A stretch of DNA of 64,000 nt. Origin: Pirellulales bacterium (lineage in GTDB: Bacteria > Planctomycetota > Planctomycetia > Pirellulales > PALSA-1355). A program made the translations under genes and the position numbers. The notes below the pieces were generated by a model. That model saw nothing but the letters and a program-made list of their open reading frames with translations, had not been told where the DNA came from and ran no database searches. Each line of letters opens with the position of its first letter. The first letter of the stretch is position 1. The stretch is taken from contig CAVTBU010000004.1 of NCBI GenBank assembly GCA_963733035.1, forward strand, positions 352,001 to 416,000, given 5' to 3'. Shown here piece after piece: positions 62,437 to 64,000 of the stretch.

Positions 62437-63159
62437 ATGAGCGTCACACGCACGCGCTACGCTCGACTCTCCGAACTACCGCCGGATGCGGCTGCGCGCT
62501 GGCTTTCAGCGGACGAACGCCACGCGTACGGCACGCTACGTTCGCCAGAGCGACGCACCACCTGGCTGGCAGGTCGATTCGCGGCAAAGCGATTGCTTTT
62601 GGAAATGCTTGCCGAAGAGGGCGGCGAGCCCCAACCGGTCGCGGCCGATGAGATTCACATAGAATCGCGATCGTCGCGGTTTGGCCATGGCGAACGGCCC
62701 CTGTTGTATTTCCGCGGTCGTCCAATGTCCTACGCCATTTCGATTGCCCACACGAACCGAGGCGTCGTCGTGGCAGCAAATCTATGCGCCGAGGTTGCGC
62801 TCGGTGTCGACTTGGCACCGACTTCAACGTCGACACGCGGCTCGCTTAATTGGACGTTCACGGCTGCCGAGCGGCGCTGGCTGGCAACGACCCATGCCGA
62901 GCAATTCCAGGCAGAACGTCTCTGGACAATGAAAGAGGCCCTCTACAAAGCATGCCAATGCGGCGAGGGCTTTGCACCTCAGAATATCGAAGTGGTTCCT
63001 GGCCTTCCGCCACGCTATCCGTCATTCGATTCGGCCAACTTGCGACAACTCCAATGTTGGCAAGTCGACGGTCATATCGCGTGTTTGGCCATTGTCAAGA
63101 ATGTTCACAAAGCCTTGCCGACGAATCCGGCGAACGACATGCTTCGCTCGGCCGCGTGA
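62437..63159 (+). CDS. Sfp-type 4'-phosphopantetheinyl transferase
   Basis: WLAGRFAAK, ISIAHT, LGVDL and LWTMKEALYKA motifs. ATG lies 4 nt after the PKS stop. Confidence 0.88.
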   Translation: MSVTRTRYARLSELPPDAAARWLSADERHAYGTLRSPERRTTWLAGRFAAKRLLLEMLAEEGGEPQPVAADEIHIESRSSRFGHGERPLLYFRGRPMSYAISIAHTNRGVVVAANLCAEVALGVDLAPTSTSTRGSLNWTFTAAERRWLATTHAEQFQAERLWTMKEALYKACQCGEGFAPQNIEVVPGLPPRYPSFDSANLRQLQCWQVDGHIACLAIVKNVHKALPTNPANDMLRSAA

Positions 63160-63225
63160 CCATACACAGAATTCGTGCTCCTTTACCATACAATTCACCT
63201 GCAAATTGCCTGAGAGAATAAAGCG

Positions 63226-63990
63226 ATGATTGATCTCACCGGAAAAACGGCCCTCGTTACCGGCGGTTCCCGAGGCATTGGCCGTGCCTGTGCCACGCGA
63301 TTGGCGGAAGCGGGCGCGGACGTTGTGCTCAACTACGTCACGAGTTCGGCGGCCGCCGACGAAGTGGCCGAAGTTGTCCAGGCGATGGGCCGCAATGTGG
63401 CGGTCGTCAAGGCCGACGTGAGCGAACGGGACGACTGCGAGTCGATGATGCAGTTCATCGGCGAGACGTTTGGCAAGCTCGACATCCTGGTGAGCAACGC
63501 TGCCACGGGCGGGTTTCGGCCGATGCTGGCCATCACGCAGAAGAACTTCGAATCGACGATGAAGACCAACGTGATGGCCCTGATCCACCTGGTGCAGGCC
63601 GGCTACAAGTTGTTCCAGAAAGCCGACGGCCGTGCCAAGGTCGTAGCCATCTCCAGCCACGGATCGCACATGGCTCTGCCAATGTACGGAGCGGTGGGTG
63701 GTTCCAAAGCCGCTCTGGAAAGCTTCGTGCGGCACTTCGCCCTCGAACTCGGCGGTCAGGGCATCAATCTAAACATCGTGAAAGCCGGGCTCGTCGATAC
63801 CGACTCCACCCGGAGAATCCCGTACGCCGAACAGTTGTTTGCCGCCCGCGGAATGCGCAGCATGACCGGCGATCGGTACCTGCTGGCCGAAGATGTCGCC
63901 AACTGCGTGCTGTTTCTGTCGAGCCCGCTCAGCGATATGGTGCAAGGCGAGACACTGACGGTCGACGGCGGAGCAGCCGTGCACGCTTAG
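63226..63990 (+). CDS. FabL-like enoyl-ACP reductase (SDR)
   Basis: TGGSRGIG, then SNAATGGFRP (cf. NNAASGVLRP of Bacillus FabL) and a Y-x6-K motif, YGAVGGSK, instead of the classical YxxxK. Confidence 0.8.
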   Translation: MIDLTGKTALVTGGSRGIGRACATRLAEAGADVVLNYVTSSAAADEVAEVVQAMGRNVAVVKADVSERDDCESMMQFIGETFGKLDILVSNAATGGFRPMLAITQKNFESTMKTNVMALIHLVQAGYKLFQKADGRAKVVAISSHGSHMALPMYGAVGGSKAALESFVRHFALELGGQGINLNIVKAGLVDTDSTRRIPYAEQLFAARGMRSMTGDRYLLAEDVANCVLFLSSPLSDMVQGETLTVDGGAAVHA

Positions 63991-64000
63991 TCACTCGTTG

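Noticed and set aside
51151..63159. Enediyne PKSE or classical PUFA (pfa) cluster
   Set aside because: PKSE has one KS, one ACP, a fused PPTase and a hot-dog thioesterase partner. PUFA synthases need FabA-like DHs and PfaD. Neither pattern is seen within the window.

Overview
This is a GC-rich bacterial window that looks like Planctomycetota, probably Pirellulales. That is an inference from a BBP7-type beta-barrel, an RRLxxEPLExRxLLA planctomycete extracellular motif and the NTF2/TPR gene pair. The left part holds an oxidoreductase/SDR/sialidase-like operon, BBP7, a ~158-bp MITE-like element, a Tat phosphatase, an Fpg/Nei glycosylase and an NTF2+TPR pair. A trehalose/glycogen island follows (treZ, treS-maltokinase, glgX, treY, debranching enzyme). 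The middle holds a degenerate GGDEF protein, an animal-type heme peroxidase, a ClC-CBS transporter, a TetR-MFP-RND-RND efflux operon, two secreted hypothetical proteins and a LolD/FtsX-like ABC pair. The right part (45.6-64 kb, possibly continuing past the window) is the highlight, a PUFA-synthase-like iterative PKS cluster. It encodes a class III aminotransferase, an AMP ligase, a YtnP-like MBL hydrolase, a thioester-reductase/SCP2 fusion, a ~3760-aa PKS, an Sfp-type PPTase and a FabL-like enoyl reductase. The PKS has the unusual order KS-KS(C>Q)-ACP-ACP-AT-ACP-ACP-C45-like-KR-KR-DH. Together these parts suggest a long-chain alkylamine or amide lipid made by zeamine/fabclavine-like logic. At least 5 (probably 7) small frameshifts in G/C-rich contexts are most likely long-read assembly errors. 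I saw no rRNA, tRNA or CRISPR array. All family assignments come from motif recognition by eye, not database searches.
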